A DNA stretch of 64,000 nucleotides from a candidate division WOR-3 bacterium (lineage in GTDB: Bacteria > Hydrothermota > 32-111): contig JBBFKX010000001.1 in NCBI GenBank assembly GCA_037481815.1, forward strand, positions 160,001-224,000, given 5' to 3'. Below, piece after piece: positions 20,251 through 30,781 of this stretch. A program made the translations under genes and the position numbers. The notes beneath the pieces are model-generated. The model had not been told where the DNA came from, made no database searches, and saw nothing but the letters and a program-made list of their open reading frames with translations. The first letter of the stretch is position 1. Each line of letters starts with the position of its first letter.

Positions 20251-21297
20251 ATGAAACCATTCAATTTGAAATCGTTCTTCAATTCATTTATATCAAATGA
20301 TATCGCTATTGACCTTGGGACTGCATCGACATTGATCTACATGAAAAACGAAGGGATCGTTTTGAATGAGCCATCTGTTGTTGCGATAGATTTGAGAACG
20401 AACAAGCCACTTGCTGTTGGTTATCAGGCAAAAGAGATGCTTGGAAAAACTCCACAGGAGATAAAAGCTGTTAGACCGATGAAAGATGGTGTTATAGCAG
20501 ATTTTGAAGTTGTTGAAGAGATGTTAAGATATTTTATAACCAAAGTTGAAAAATCTAAAATAATTATAAGACCAAGAGTAATCGTTTGTGTTCCCTCAGG
20601 AATTACTGCTGTCGAGATGAGAGCTGTAAGGGACTCTGTCGAGCATTCTGGTGTAAGAGATGTTTTTTTGGTTTCTGAACCGGTTGCTGCAGCTGTTGGT
20701 GTCGGCCTTCCAGTCGATCAACCAAAAGGCAGCATGATAATCGATATCGGTGGAGGAACGAGTGAAATTGCTGTTATTGCTTTAAATGGTATAGTAACCA
20801 ACAACTCGATAAGAGTTGGTGGTGATGAGATGGATGAAGCGATAATACAGTATGTCAAAAAAAACTATAACCTTCTAATAGGTGAGCAAACAACTGAAAA
20901 GATAAAAACCACAATAGGTTCAGCATATAAACTTGAACAAGAACTCGAACTTGAAATAAAAGGTGTTGATCTTGTTGAAGGGATACCAAAGACGATAAAA
21001 TTAACCTCTGAGGAAATAAGAGATGCTTTAAAAGAGCCCGTATATATGATTGTTTCAGCGATCAAACAGGCGCTTGAAAAAACACCTCCAGAACTTGCTT
21101 CAGATATAATAGATCAGGGTATAGTTATGACTGGTGGTGGTTCACTTTTAAAAAATTTTGATAAACTTGTATCAAAAGAAACTGGTTTAAAGGTTACTAT
21201 TGCAGAAAATCCTATAGAATGTGTTGTAAGAGGTAGTGGAAAAATACTTGAAAATCTTTCTTTTTATGAGAAGATTATAATTCAAACTTCAAGATAA
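20251..21297 (+). CDS. mreB: Rod shape-determining protein MreB
   Basis: IDLGTAS, EPSVVA, RPMKDGVIADF, DIGGGT, TPPELASDI, TGGGSLL. Confidence 0.98.
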   Translation: MKPFNLKSFFNSFISNDIAIDLGTASTLIYMKNEGIVLNEPSVVAIDLRTNKPLAVGYQAKEMLGKTPQEIKAVRPMKDGVIADFEVVEEMLRYFITKVEKSKIIIRPRVIVCVPSGITAVEMRAVRDSVEHSGVRDVFLVSEPVAAAVGVGLPVDQPKGSMIIDIGGGTSEIAVIALNGIVTNNSIRVGGDEMDEAIIQYVKKNYNLLIGEQTTEKIKTTIGSAYKLEQELELEIKGVDLVEGIPKTIKLTSEEIRDALKEPVYMIVSAIKQALEKTPPELASDIIDQGIVMTGGGSLLKNFDKLVSKETGLKVTIAENPIECVVRGSGKILENLSFYEKIIIQTSR

Positions 21298-21306
21298 TAT
21301 TATAAA

Positions 21307-22152
21307 ATGAGATCAAGACCCAAAATTTTGTTCTTTTCTCTTTTTTTTCTATCGATACTTTTTATGATTTTATCAAGCAAATTTACCTTCTATTCTTTTA
21401 AAAATCTTTTAATCTATCCAGTAAAACCTTTCAATTTTTTTGTTGACTTTATAGGTTTAACATTTCAGAACAGAAAAATTTTAAAAGATGATATGACAAC
21501 CATATTTCAAAAAAATCTTGAAATAAGTAGATTAAAATTTCTTGAATATGAAAATCAAAATCTTAGAAATCTTTTACAGATGAAAGATAGATTTAAACAT
21601 GAAGTTATTTTTTCAGAAGTGGTTTCACAGGAAAAATTTGCAGGAGAATTTTTAACTATAGATAAAGGAAGAGTTGATGGTGTTGAAGAAGGGATGCCTG
21701 TTCTTTCGAGTAAGGGGATTGTTGGAAAAGTTATATCGGTCGATAGATACAGTTCTTTCGTTGAGACATTCAACAATTCGAATTTTAAAGTTGGGGTGAT
21801 GGATAAGGAAAGAAAACTTTTTATGTTGTGTTACTTTTATAAAACTGGGCTTTTGAAAGTTGAAAATGTTCAATATGATAGCAAGTTAAAAATAGGCGAT
21901 TCTATTTTTACGAGTGGATTCGGGAAAATTTTCCCTGAAAATATACCTGTTGGAATAGTAGTGAAGATAGAATTTCTTGAAGATGGAGATTTTTTTTACG
22001 TTATAAAACCTTTCGAAAATATTTTATCTTTAAAAGAGGTCTTTCTTTTAAAAATGGATAAAGAATTTTATCGTAATCGATACGAGAAAACAAAAAAACA
22101 AGAGATAGCAAGATTGGGCTGGTTTACAATCTATAAAAGGGTTTTTGAATGA
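21307..22152 (+). CDS. mreC: Rod shape-determining protein MreC
   Basis: N-terminal TM, ENQNLRNLL coiled coil, IDKG...GIVGKV, TSGFGKIFP; position after mreB. Confidence 0.92.
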   Translation: MRSRPKILFFSLFFLSILFMILSSKFTFYSFKNLLIYPVKPFNFFVDFIGLTFQNRKILKDDMTTIFQKNLEISRLKFLEYENQNLRNLLQMKDRFKHEVIFSEVVSQEKFAGEFLTIDKGRVDGVEEGMPVLSSKGIVGKVISVDRYSSFVETFNNSNFKVGVMDKERKLFMLCYFYKTGLLKVENVQYDSKLKIGDSIFTSGFGKIFPENIPVGIVVKIEFLEDGDFFYVIKPFENILSLKEVFLLKMDKEFYRNRYEKTKKQEIARLGWFTIYKRVFE

Positions 22153-22631
22153 GATATTTTTTTGTTATAATTTTATCTTTATTCTTTCTCTATTTTATTT
22201 CGACCGTTCCTCCATTTCTTTCAATAAAACATGTCATCCAACCTGATCTTATCATAATTCTTGTTGTATTTGTGTGTTTGAATTTCAACGAGATTTTTAA
22301 TTATATTTTTTCTTTTATAATCGGTTTTTTTTGTGATGCTTTAACTGGAACATTGTTTGGTTTTCATTCTTTTATTTTTCTATTTATATCTTATATCACA
22401 GCAAAGTTTGGTAATTTTTTCTACAAGGAAAGATTTTTAAACAGAATGTTACTTGTTCTGATTTCAGACCTTTTATACCGTTTTATACTCGTCATAATGA
22501 ATTTCAACGAATCAAAAAGTATAATTACAATTTTTATTTTTGTTTTTATAATACCAGTTTATACTGTTTTTATTTACACCATATTCCATATATTGAACAG
22601 GTTGTTAAAAAGAATATATGTTCAAAGATAG
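22149..22631 (+). CDS. mreD: Rod shape-determining protein MreD
   Basis: Highly hydrophobic, PDL and GFFCD motifs; between mreC and mrdA. Confidence 0.85.
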   Translation: MRYFFVIILSLFFLYFISTVPPFLSIKHVIQPDLIIILVVFVCLNFNEIFNYIFSFIIGFFCDALTGTLFGFHSFIFLFISYITAKFGNFFYKERFLNRMLLVLISDLLYRFILVIMNFNESKSIITIFIFVFIIPVYTVFIYTIFHILNRLLKRIYVQR

Positions 22632-24396
22632 GTTTTCAACCTTAATAATTCTGATTATATTTCTTTTTTTTATCCAATCGATCTTTATAATAAATTTACA
22701 GTTTTTTGAAAATCGTTATTATAAAACTCTTGCAGAAGGTAACAGTTATAAAAAGGTTATAATCCCAGCGGTAAGAGGAAATATTATAACATCCGATTCT
22801 GTAATAGTCGCAACTTCAAAAAAGTATTTTTCTCTTTTCTGTAATCTTGACAAATTGAATATTACTGCAGACAATATACTCGATATTTCAAAAATAATTG
22901 AAACTGATCCAGAAACTATAAATCAGATGATCGGTGATGCAAAAAGAAATCAGGAAAGAGAAATATGTCTTAAAAACAATCTCAACATAGAGGATGTTTC
23001 TTACATTGAAGAAAACCGGAACAAATTCCCGGAGTTTGATATAAGGTATCAACCTAAAAGATTTTATCCATACAATGAACTTTATTCACACATAATAGGA
23101 TATGTTGGTAAAATAACAGGTGATGAATTTCTCGAACTGAAAGTAAAGGGCTACAGTATATCAGATTTTATCGGGAAAACAGGAATAGAGAAAAGTTATG
23201 AAACTTATTTAAAAGGGAGAAACGGAATTAAATATTATGAAGTGGACATAACCGGAAACATCGTCAGAGAGGTTGAACAAAAAAATTCCTTGAAAAAACT
23301 GAATGGATATGATCTTTTTATAAGTATAGATCACAGATTGCAGAGTTATATTGATACATTGTTCAAAGATTTTCAAAGTGGAACAGCAATAGTTATCGAT
23401 GTTGAAAAAGGTGCGATTCTGTCAATGTATTCAAAACCATCTTTTGATCCTAATATTTTCATAACAGGGATAAGAAAGGATGTCTGGGAGTTTTTGAGAA
23501 ACAACAGATTGTCTCCTTTTTTGAACAGAGCAACCAACGGTTTGTATCCTCCAGGATCGGTTTTTAAGATCATCACATTTCTTGTTGGTCTTGAGGAAGA
23601 AAAGGTTGATTCAAACACTTTTTTTCAACCATGTTTTGGAAGTATAATGATATCAAACAGGATTTTTAAATGTTGGAATGTTCATAATGAACTCAACCTT
23701 TTTGATGCTTTCATAAATTCGTGTGATGTCTACTTCTATCAACTGGGGATGAAAGTTGGAGTTGATGAAATTTACAGAGGTGCAGGTGAAATTGGGTTTG
23801 GAGAACTTACTGGAATAGATATTTTTGAAGAGAGTAAAGGGATAATACCTGATTCAAAATTTTTGAACAAAAAATATGGTAAAAATGCATGGGGTTCAGG
23901 ACATGTGGCAAATATATCGATAGGGCAGGGAGATATACTCGTTACACCCATACAGGTAGCATCTCTTTTTCTATGTTTAGCAAACGATGGAAAAATCGTA
24001 CAACCACATGTGGTTGATTCTATAAAAACAAAAAATGGAGATCTTGTTTATAGATACAACAAAAAAGTTATGAGGGAAATAAAGTTTGAGAAAAAGTATC
24101 TTGAACTTTTAAAAAAAGCTTTATTCAATGTTGTGAATTCAGATAATGGTACTGGAATAGCAGCAAGAATAGATAAGAGTTTGGGCTATATAAGTGGTAA
24201 GACAGGAACAGCTGAAAACTCTTCAGGCGAACCACATGCCTGGTTTGGTTCTTTCTATACAGACAAAACTGGTAAAAACAGAATAGCGGTGGTTGTTGTT
24301 ATAGAAAATGGAGGGCATGGTGGTGATGACCCTGCAAAAATGACAAAGATGATAGTTGAAAGATACATAAGGATTACGAATGGATATGAAAAATAG
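22618..24396 (+). CDS. mrdA: Penicillin-binding protein 2
   Basis: RGNI, RFYP, GKTGIE, PPGSVFK (SxxK), SCD (SxD), KTG. Confidence 0.94.
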   Translation: MFKDRFSTLIILIIFLFFIQSIFIINLQFFENRYYKTLAEGNSYKKVIIPAVRGNIITSDSVIVATSKKYFSLFCNLDKLNITADNILDISKIIETDPETINQMIGDAKRNQEREICLKNNLNIEDVSYIEENRNKFPEFDIRYQPKRFYPYNELYSHIIGYVGKITGDEFLELKVKGYSISDFIGKTGIEKSYETYLKGRNGIKYYEVDITGNIVREVEQKNSLKKLNGYDLFISIDHRLQSYIDTLFKDFQSGTAIVIDVEKGAILSMYSKPSFDPNIFITGIRKDVWEFLRNNRLSPFLNRATNGLYPPGSVFKIITFLVGLEEEKVDSNTFFQPCFGSIMISNRIFKCWNVHNELNLFDAFINSCDVYFYQLGMKVGVDEIYRGAGEIGFGELTGIDIFEESKGIIPDSKFLNKKYGKNAWGSGHVANISIGQGDILVTPIQVASLFLCLANDGKIVQPHVVDSIKTKNGDLVYRYNKKVMREIKFEKKYLELLKKALFNVVNSDNGTGIAARIDKSLGYISGKTGTAENSSGEPHAWFGSFYTDKTGKNRIAVVVVIENGGHGGDDPAKMTKMIVERYIRITNGYEK

Positions 24397-25582
24397 ATTT
24401 GATCCTTTCATTGTGTTTCCTTTGATTTTGCTTTCAATTTTTGGACTTCTGGTCTTATTTTCAGTAGTTTACACCGATAACATTATAATTTTTTATAGAC
24501 AACTGATATGGTTTTTTCTTTCTCTTATTCTTTTTATTGGAATCCAGTTTATTCCTATAAAAGTTTTTTATATAGGTTCTTATCTCTTGTATTTTTTTTC
24601 AACATTCCTTTTAGTTTTTTTGAAATTGATAAATAAAGCACCTGTTGAAAGATGGTTTGATTTTGGTATCGCATACATACAACCTTCAGAGTTCGCCAAG
24701 GTTTCTTTGATTCTGTCTTTACCGAAATTTTTGTTGTCAAGAAAGGAAAAAAAAGATAATTTTATAACTCTGCTTGTTTCATATATAATGGTGTTTATTC
24801 CATTTTTTCTTGTTTTTATTCAACCTGACCTCGGAACATCAGTGCTCTTTTTAATCATCTTTTTTTTGGTTTTATTCCTTAACGATGTAAAGTTGATCAA
24901 TCTTTTTATTCTTCTTACTCCAATTTTATCGATTGTTTTTTCCTTTTTCCCGGTCGTCTGGATTTTTTATATTTTTGTGATATCCTTTATACTCTATTTT
25001 GCAAAAGTTGATTTTATAAATCTTTTAAAAATTTTTTTTCTGAACATAATTTTTGGTGGAATTGCTCCTATCGTTTGGAATAGTTTAAGGGATTACCAGA
25101 AAAATAGATTTTTATCTTACCTGTCTCCCGAAAAAGATGTGCATGGTTATGGATGGAATCTTTTGCAATCAAAAATTGGTATCGGTTCAGGTGGAATTTT
25201 TGGAAAAGGATTTTTGAATGGTACTCAGAAAGGTTTAAATTTCGTCCCTCAACAGCACACAGATTTCATATTCTCTGCTATCGGTGAAGAGTTTGGTTTT
25301 TTTGGGTACCTTTTTATTTTGATTTTAATTTTTATCATAATCTTTCGGGTTTTTTTTGATATCAATAAAATAAAATCGAGATATACAAAACTTGTTGTTT
25401 CATCATTCACTTTCTTTATAGTGTTTGAATATATTGTAAATATCAGCATGTCGATCGGTCTGGTTCCAATAGTTGGTGTTCCTTTACCTCTGTTTTCTTA
25501 TGGAGGGTCGTCATATATAACAACCATGATCATGTTTGCGATAATAAATAGAGGGTTGAATGAAAAGGATAAATATTGGTAA
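24380..25582 (+). CDS. rodA: Peptidoglycan glycosyltransferase RodA
   Basis: QPSEFAK, QPDLGT, GSGG.GKG, HTDFIFSAIGEEFG, PLPLFSYGGSS. Confidence 0.95.
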   Translation: MDMKNRFDPFIVFPLILLSIFGLLVLFSVVYTDNIIIFYRQLIWFFLSLILFIGIQFIPIKVFYIGSYLLYFFSTFLLVFLKLINKAPVERWFDFGIAYIQPSEFAKVSLILSLPKFLLSRKEKKDNFITLLVSYIMVFIPFFLVFIQPDLGTSVLFLIIFFLVLFLNDVKLINLFILLTPILSIVFSFFPVVWIFYIFVISFILYFAKVDFINLLKIFFLNIIFGGIAPIVWNSLRDYQKNRFLSYLSPEKDVHGYGWNLLQSKIGIGSGGIFGKGFLNGTQKGLNFVPQQHTDFIFSAIGEEFGFFGYLFILILIFIIIFRVFFDINKIKSRYTKLVVSSFTFFIVFEYIVNISMSIGLVPIVGVPLPLFSYGGSSYITTMIMFAIINRGLNEKDKYW

Positions 25583-26267
25583 CCCTTTAGAAATACTTTT
25601 TCCAGAAAACTGTATCGTTTGTAAAAGAGAAAGGTTTTTAAATGATATTCCAATATGTAAAAACTGTTATTTGAAATTAAAAAGAGTAGGAGGGAATCTC
25701 TGTTCAGTGTGTGGGATTAACATTGAAAAAGGTGAAATTTTATGTTCTAAATGTAAAGAGGGTAGATACTTTTTTGATTATGTTCGGTCTGTCTACTATT
25801 ATGATAATATCACTTCAACTATCATTAAGAATTTTAAATATAACAATATAAAGTCACTTGGTTCTTTTATTGCAAATTCCTTGTATCTGAAAATAGAAGA
25901 GGATTTGAATTTTCAAAATGTTGAATTCATAACATACATCCCGCAGAGTTTTTTGAAAAGTTATAACAGATATTTTAACCAATCACTTCTTATAGCAAGT
26001 GATCTTTCAGAACTTACAGGTATTCCGCTTGTTTGTGAAATAATAAAACAAAAAGAAACCATTATCAACCAGGCAATGTTACCTAAATTTTTAAGAGAAA
26101 AAAGAAGTAAAATGTTTTACCCGGAAAAAAAAGATTTCAAATGTTGTTCCATACTTCTGGTTGATGATGTTTTTACAACAGGAAAAACTTTATCTGAAGC
26201 AGCAAAAATTTTGAAAGAGTATTACTCAATTGAAAAAGTTTTCGGACTTACTTTCGCAAGATCCTGA
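25560..26267 (+). CDS. comF: ComF family protein (double zinc ribbon + phosphoribosyltransferase-like domain)
   Basis: Four CxxC pairs; FKY, RYFNQS, LLVDDVFTTGKT. Confidence 0.85.
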   Translation: MKRINIGNPLEILFPENCIVCKRERFLNDIPICKNCYLKLKRVGGNLCSVCGINIEKGEILCSKCKEGRYFFDYVRSVYYYDNITSTIIKNFKYNNIKSLGSFIANSLYLKIEEDLNFQNVEFITYIPQSFLKSYNRYFNQSLLIASDLSELTGIPLVCEIIKQKETIINQAMLPKFLREKRSKMFYPEKKDFKCCSILLVDDVFTTGKTLSEAAKILKEYYSIEKVFGLTFARS

Positions 26268-26268
26268 A

Positions 26269-26352
26269 TGCCGAAGGCCGGAGTCGAACCGGCATGATGT
26301 TGCCATCATCGGTTTTTGAGACCGACGTGTCTACCAATTCCACCACTTCGGC
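26269..26352 (-). tRNA. tRNA-Leu(CAA)
   Basis: Reverse complement GCCGAAGTGGTGGAATTGGTAGAC...TCGGT-CTCAAAA-ACCGA...long variable arm...GGTTCGACTCC...TTCGGCA; CCA not encoded. Confidence 0.95.
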
Positions 26353-26361
26353 ATAGAAAGT

Positions 26362-26389
26362 ATCTTAACAAAAAAAATATTTTTGTCAA
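26362..26389 (-). promoter_or_regulatory. sigma70-type promoter of tRNA-Leu(CAA)
   Basis: TTGACA-N16-TAAGAT with TGn extension on the minus strand. Confidence 0.6.
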
Positions 26390-26401
26390 TATAAGATTAT
26401 G

Positions 26402-26429
26402 TTGAAATGATCTTACCTTATGATAAAAT
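26402..26429 (+). promoter_or_regulatory. sigma70-type promoter of 26452 ORF
   Basis: TTGAAA-N16-TAAAAT with TGn extension. Confidence 0.5.
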
Positions 26430-26451
26430 TGAGCAAAAGGAGATGTGAAAA

Positions 26452-28047
26452 ATGGTGAAAAATATTTTTTGTTTATTTTGTTTATTTCTGTTTATTAACA
26501 TCTTTTCTTTTGAAAACCAGGTTTTCAATGTTCCTTCAGATAGTTTTAGAAATATATCAGAGGTTATAGATGTTGCTGTTAAACGAAATATAGATGATCT
26601 GAGAATCAACATAATGTCTGATCTTAAAGAGGATAGTATAGTGATAAAAGATCCAATAAAAAAGATCGTACTTTTTGGAATAAACACCCCATCAAACTGT
26701 GAACTCGATAAAACAGTAATTATAAACAGATCATCAAATGTATCGATTCAGATTGAAAATCTGAGTTTCAAAACATTTGTAAATGAAGGGAATATAGATT
26801 ATTTCTCGTTTTTTTTTAATATGTGTGAAAATCTTATAAACAATGGTATTGTAAAATTTTCTGATATTTTTGGATGTGAAATATCAAATTATTACAATTG
26901 GCTTTCAAACGGTTATCTCGCTGCTTCTCAGGGTAGAAATGTCGGTTCAAATTTTTGGGGTGTTAAATCTATCCTGTATGAAACTAAAGGAGACAGTTTT
27001 ATACTGTATGGGAATAAAAAACGAAACATTCTTTTATTGAAAGAAAAAGATGAAGTAAAAAATGTTTTACAGATGGATGGAGATATGATTATCAAGGACA
27101 GGATAATAGCAAAAAATTTTGTTGATTCGTCAGTATACGCTGCTTCCTTTCTTAACCTGAACGGAAGTATGAAGGTAAAAGGTGTTAGAGATTCACTTTT
27201 ATTTGATAAAGAGACAGGTTCTTTTCTGGTTTCAGGAAATCTCAATCTTGAAAAAGGGATAACATTTGGAAATAAAAGAAGTTTTACTTTTTCTGAGGAT
27301 GGTAGTTTTTCGTTTGTTTTAAATTTACGTGACACTTTATTTTTTAAGGACAACAGATTCGATTTGAAAAAATTTGATATTTTAAGTTCAAATATTTACA
27401 CGAAAAGTTTAACAAACTTTTCAGATCAACCTTTGATTTTTAGGTACAACAATGGAAAAAATCAATACATCAGATGGGGATTCACGAATCTTGATAATAC
27501 GGGAGATTTTTCTTTTTATGAAGACAGTTTGGGTAGTATCGTTTTCAAAAGAAATCTGATCGTTGATCCAGAAAGTAAATATAACGATGTTGATCTAAAC
27601 ACTCCAATAAAAGTGTTCAGTATCGAAGAAAAAAAAGTTGAAAAAAATTCTTTTAAAAATTTTAAGTTTAGCGATGTTATCTTAGAAAAAAATCCAGAAG
27701 TCATCAGGACTTCCGAAAATGGCGAAACCACTTTAATTTTTAAAAAGAGTGGTTTTTACAATATATCCTATAAGGTTAGTTTTGCATCTAAAAACGATAA
27801 GGGAACAAGTTTGTTTGTAAGAGTAAGATTGAATGGGAAAGAGATAACATATCTTAATACTGGTTATAGAGGAGTTTTAGAGAAAGAGAATTTTGAACTT
27901 TTGAGTGCATCCGCTATCGTGAAGGTAGAAAAAAATGATAGTTTAACCTTTGAATATTGTACATTCGACGATTCTCTGTATTTTGGAAATTTTGATATTT
28001 TTGAAGAAAAAGGAAGTGTATTCTTTTCGATAAACAAAATAAATTGA
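26452..28047 (+). CDS. Exported hypothetical protein, beta-rich, with possible C-terminal C1q/BclA-like jelly-roll domain
   Basis: Signal peptide; C-terminal SGFYNISYKVSF...VRVRLNG...SASAIVKVEKNDSL pattern. Confidence 0.5.
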   Translation: MVKNIFCLFCLFLFINIFSFENQVFNVPSDSFRNISEVIDVAVKRNIDDLRINIMSDLKEDSIVIKDPIKKIVLFGINTPSNCELDKTVIINRSSNVSIQIENLSFKTFVNEGNIDYFSFFFNMCENLINNGIVKFSDIFGCEISNYYNWLSNGYLAASQGRNVGSNFWGVKSILYETKGDSFILYGNKKRNILLLKEKDEVKNVLQMDGDMIIKDRIIAKNFVDSSVYAASFLNLNGSMKVKGVRDSLLFDKETGSFLVSGNLNLEKGITFGNKRSFTFSEDGSFSFVLNLRDTLFFKDNRFDLKKFDILSSNIYTKSLTNFSDQPLIFRYNNGKNQYIRWGFTNLDNTGDFSFYEDSLGSIVFKRNLIVDPESKYNDVDLNTPIKVFSIEEKKVEKNSFKNFKFSDVILEKNPEVIRTSENGETTLIFKKSGFYNISYKVSFASKNDKGTSLFVRVRLNGKEITYLNTGYRGVLEKENFELLSASAIVKVEKNDSLTFEYCTFDDSLYFGNFDIFEEKGSVFFSINKIN

Positions 28048-28049
28048 GA

Positions 28050-28077
28050 TTGTAAATAGAATAATTTATGATATAAT
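28050..28077 (+). promoter_or_regulatory. sigma70-type promoter of the epimerase operon
   Basis: TTGTAA-N16-TATAAT with TGn extension. Confidence 0.5.
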
Positions 28078-28099
28078 CTTTTTCTTAAAAGGAGAAGAA

Positions 28100-29029
28100 A
28101 TGGCGTTTATACTTGTTACAGGTGGTGCGGGTTTTATTGGTAGTAATCTTGTGAAAGCACTTCTTGAGGATAACAACAGAGTAAGAGTTCTTGATAATTT
28201 TTCTACAGGAAAGAGGGAGAATATACTTCCATTTATAGACAAAATTGATCTTGTTGAAGGTGATATAAGGAGTTATCACACTGTCCTGACTTCGCTTAAA
28301 GATATAGATTATGTGTTTCATCAGGCAGCTCTTCCTTCTGTTCCAAGATCGATAAATGATCCACTGACGACAAACGATGTTAACATTGTTGGAACTTTAA
28401 ATCTTCTTCAATGTAGTAAAGATATGAATATAAAAAGATTTATTTTCGCATCTTCATCTTCGATTTATGGTGATAACCCGGTAATTCCAAAGGTTGAAAC
28501 ACTTGAGCCGAAACCAAAATCACCTTATGCTTTAACAAAACTTGCTGGAGAGTACTATTCTTCAATATTTTATAAAATTTATGGATTGAGAACTATTTCA
28601 TTAAGATATTTCAACGTTTTTGGAGAAAATCAGGATCCGATGTCTTTGTATTCAGCTTTTATTCCAAAAGTTTTCTCTGCTGTAAAAAACAAAACATCCA
28701 TCACAATTTTTGGTGATGGAACACAAACGAGAGATTTTACCTATGTTTCAAATGTTGTTTATGCTAACATTCTTTCACTTAAAGCTCCCGAAGAGGCATT
28801 TGGAGAGGCATTCAATGTCGCATGTGGAGAACGAATATCTGTTAACGAGCTTGTTGATTATGTATCTTCAATAACAGGTTACAGAATCGAAAAAGTTTAT
28901 CTTCCGCCAAGGCCTGGAGATGTAAAGGATTCTCTTGCAGATATCGAAAAGATAAAAAAGATTCTTAAATATGATGTTCTTGTTCGAGTGAAAGAAGGTT
29001 TGAAAAAATCGATGCAATTTTATCTATGA
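28100..29029 (+). CDS. NAD-dependent nucleotide-sugar epimerase/dehydratase (extended SDR, WbpP-like)
   Basis: TGGAGFIGS, HQAALPSVPRS, YALTK (YxxxK), LRYFNVFG, GDGTQTRDF. Confidence 0.92.
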   Translation: MAFILVTGGAGFIGSNLVKALLEDNNRVRVLDNFSTGKRENILPFIDKIDLVEGDIRSYHTVLTSLKDIDYVFHQAALPSVPRSINDPLTTNDVNIVGTLNLLQCSKDMNIKRFIFASSSSIYGDNPVIPKVETLEPKPKSPYALTKLAGEYYSSIFYKIYGLRTISLRYFNVFGENQDPMSLYSAFIPKVFSAVKNKTSITIFGDGTQTRDFTYVSNVVYANILSLKAPEEAFGEAFNVACGERISVNELVDYVSSITGYRIEKVYLPPRPGDVKDSLADIEKIKKILKYDVLVRVKEGLKKSMQFYL

Positions 29030-30102
29030 GAAAAACTGTTGATCTGATCATCGGTGCAAGACCAAATTTCATAAAAGTTGTAAAACTTAATAGAATATTG
29101 AGAAGCGATTTCAACGTTCGTCTAATCCATACAGGTCAGCATTACAGTAGGGAAATGTCCGATATTTTTTTTGAGGATCTTTCGATACCTAAACCTGAAT
29201 ATTTTTTGGGAGTTAAAAGTGGAACCCATGCCTATCAAACTTCAAAAATAATGATAGAGTATGAAAAGTTACTTTTGAAAAAAACTCCAGATTTGAGTGT
29301 TGTTTTTGGAGATGTGAATTCAACTATGGCTGCAACTTTAGCAGCGAAAAAACTTTATATAAAGGTTGCGCATGTCGAAGCGGGTTTGAGAAGTTTTGAT
29401 AAGAGTATGCCTGAGGAGATCAATAGGGTTGTAACCGATTCTTTATCAGATTTTCTTTTCGCTCCCTCCCTTGATGCTGTTGAAAACCTTTTAAATGAGG
29501 GGCGTCAAAAAAAAGAGATTTTTCTGGTTGGAAATATAATGATTGATACACTCGTTGAGAATATGGATAAAATAAAAAAGATTGATGTAGAAAAAGAGTT
29601 CTCTGTGAAAAATGGTAAATATTTGTATTGTACTTTACATAGACCTTCAAATGTTGATAACAGGGAAAGATTCGTAAAGATTTTAAAATTTATGAAAAGA
29701 TTATCAAAAACCTATCCAATAGTTTTCCCGCTTCATCCGAGAACCCGGAACATGATAGAAAAATTTGGTTTAAAAGAATATTTTCATGACAGAATAATTG
29801 TTGTAAAACCCGTGTCATATCTTAAATCTATCGCACTTGAAATGAACTCAAAGTTCGTTCTAACCGATTCGGGTGGAATTCAGGAAGAAACAACATATCT
29901 CAAAATTCCATGTTTTACGCTTAGAGAAAACACTGAAAGACCGGTTACTTTAAGTGAGGGGACAAACATGTTGGTTGAACCTGAAATTGAAAATGTTGAA
30001 AAAATTTTGAAATGTTCTGAAAAAGTCGAAGGGAAAAAGATAAAATATTGGGATGGTAAAACTTCTGAGAGGATAAAAAAAATTTTAGAAGAATCTTTGT
30101 AA
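29026..30102 (+). CDS. wecB: UDP-N-acetylglucosamine 2-epimerase (non-hydrolysing)
   Basis: GARPNFIK, HTGQHY, HVEAGLRS, MPEEINR, TDSGGIQEE, RENTERP. Confidence 0.93.
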   Translation: MRKTVDLIIGARPNFIKVVKLNRILRSDFNVRLIHTGQHYSREMSDIFFEDLSIPKPEYFLGVKSGTHAYQTSKIMIEYEKLLLKKTPDLSVVFGDVNSTMAATLAAKKLYIKVAHVEAGLRSFDKSMPEEINRVVTDSLSDFLFAPSLDAVENLLNEGRQKKEIFLVGNIMIDTLVENMDKIKKIDVEKEFSVKNGKYLYCTLHRPSNVDNRERFVKILKFMKRLSKTYPIVFPLHPRTRNMIEKFGLKEYFHDRIIVVKPVSYLKSIALEMNSKFVLTDSGGIQEETTYLKIPCFTLRENTERPVTLSEGTNMLVEPEIENVEKILKCSEKVEGKKIKYWDGKTSERIKKILEESL

Positions 30103-30114
30103 AAAGGGGTTTTT

Positions 30115-30768
30115 ATGAAAAAGTTTTTTTTTCTCATAATAATTTTTCTATCAATTTTCAATGTTAGATTATTTTCTTCAAATCAACTCGCTGATCCTGT
30201 TCATACAGGGAATGTACATTTTCAGTACAACATTTCCTATGCTGGATATTTTTCTGAAGCGGATAAACTAGTTGCAGATTCTTTAGAAGAGAATAAGGGT
30301 TTTTGGGGTTTTTCATTCAATTATGGGCTCGCACCTCTTCTTGATTTGACATTGGGCTATCAAAATTCGTCGGCAGGATTTGGATTGAAATACTCTCCAG
30401 ATTTTAAAATGCCAGTCAGGCTCGCACTTGAAGGTGATCTTTATACAAATGTATCAAATGTTCTGGTTTATCCGATAGTTTCAGGAATATTGAGTTATCA
30501 TATAAATAAAAATATTACCTTCACAGGTGGTTTATCTACATACTTTCATTTTGAAGAAAAGATAAAGAATGAAATTTTTTTCACTCTTGATATTGAAAGG
30601 GGAGATCTGTTCAAACATAAAGTCCCTGACTTTTTTGTTAACATCTTCATTCCCAAATCGTTCCAGATCGATGTAACCTATCCGTTCTCGGATGTGGCGA
30701 AAAAACTCTATATTGGTTTTTCAATAAGACATGAGTTTGAGTTGAACATTAAAGAAGAAAGTATATAA
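30115..30768 (+). CDS. Exported hypothetical protein (possible small outer-membrane barrel)
   Basis: Signal peptide; aromatic-rich alternating strands. Confidence 0.5.
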   Translation: MKKFFFLIIIFLSIFNVRLFSSNQLADPVHTGNVHFQYNISYAGYFSEADKLVADSLEENKGFWGFSFNYGLAPLLDLTLGYQNSSAGFGLKYSPDFKMPVRLALEGDLYTNVSNVLVYPIVSGILSYHINKNITFTGGLSTYFHFEEKIKNEIFFTLDIERGDLFKHKVPDFFVNIFIPKSFQIDVTYPFSDVAKKLYIGFSIRHEFELNIKEESI

Positions 30769-30769
30769 T
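30742..30769 (+). promoter_or_regulatory. sigma70-type promoter of tRNA-Arg
   Basis: TTGAAC-N16-TATAAT, 12 nt upstream of the tRNA. Confidence 0.5.
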
Positions 30770-30781
30770 AATTTTACACCT

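Noticed and set aside
25560..26267. comF as part of the 1-8 kb DNA-capture operon
   Set aside because: It is 17 kb away and ComF is widespread in non-competent bacteria; no direct link shown.
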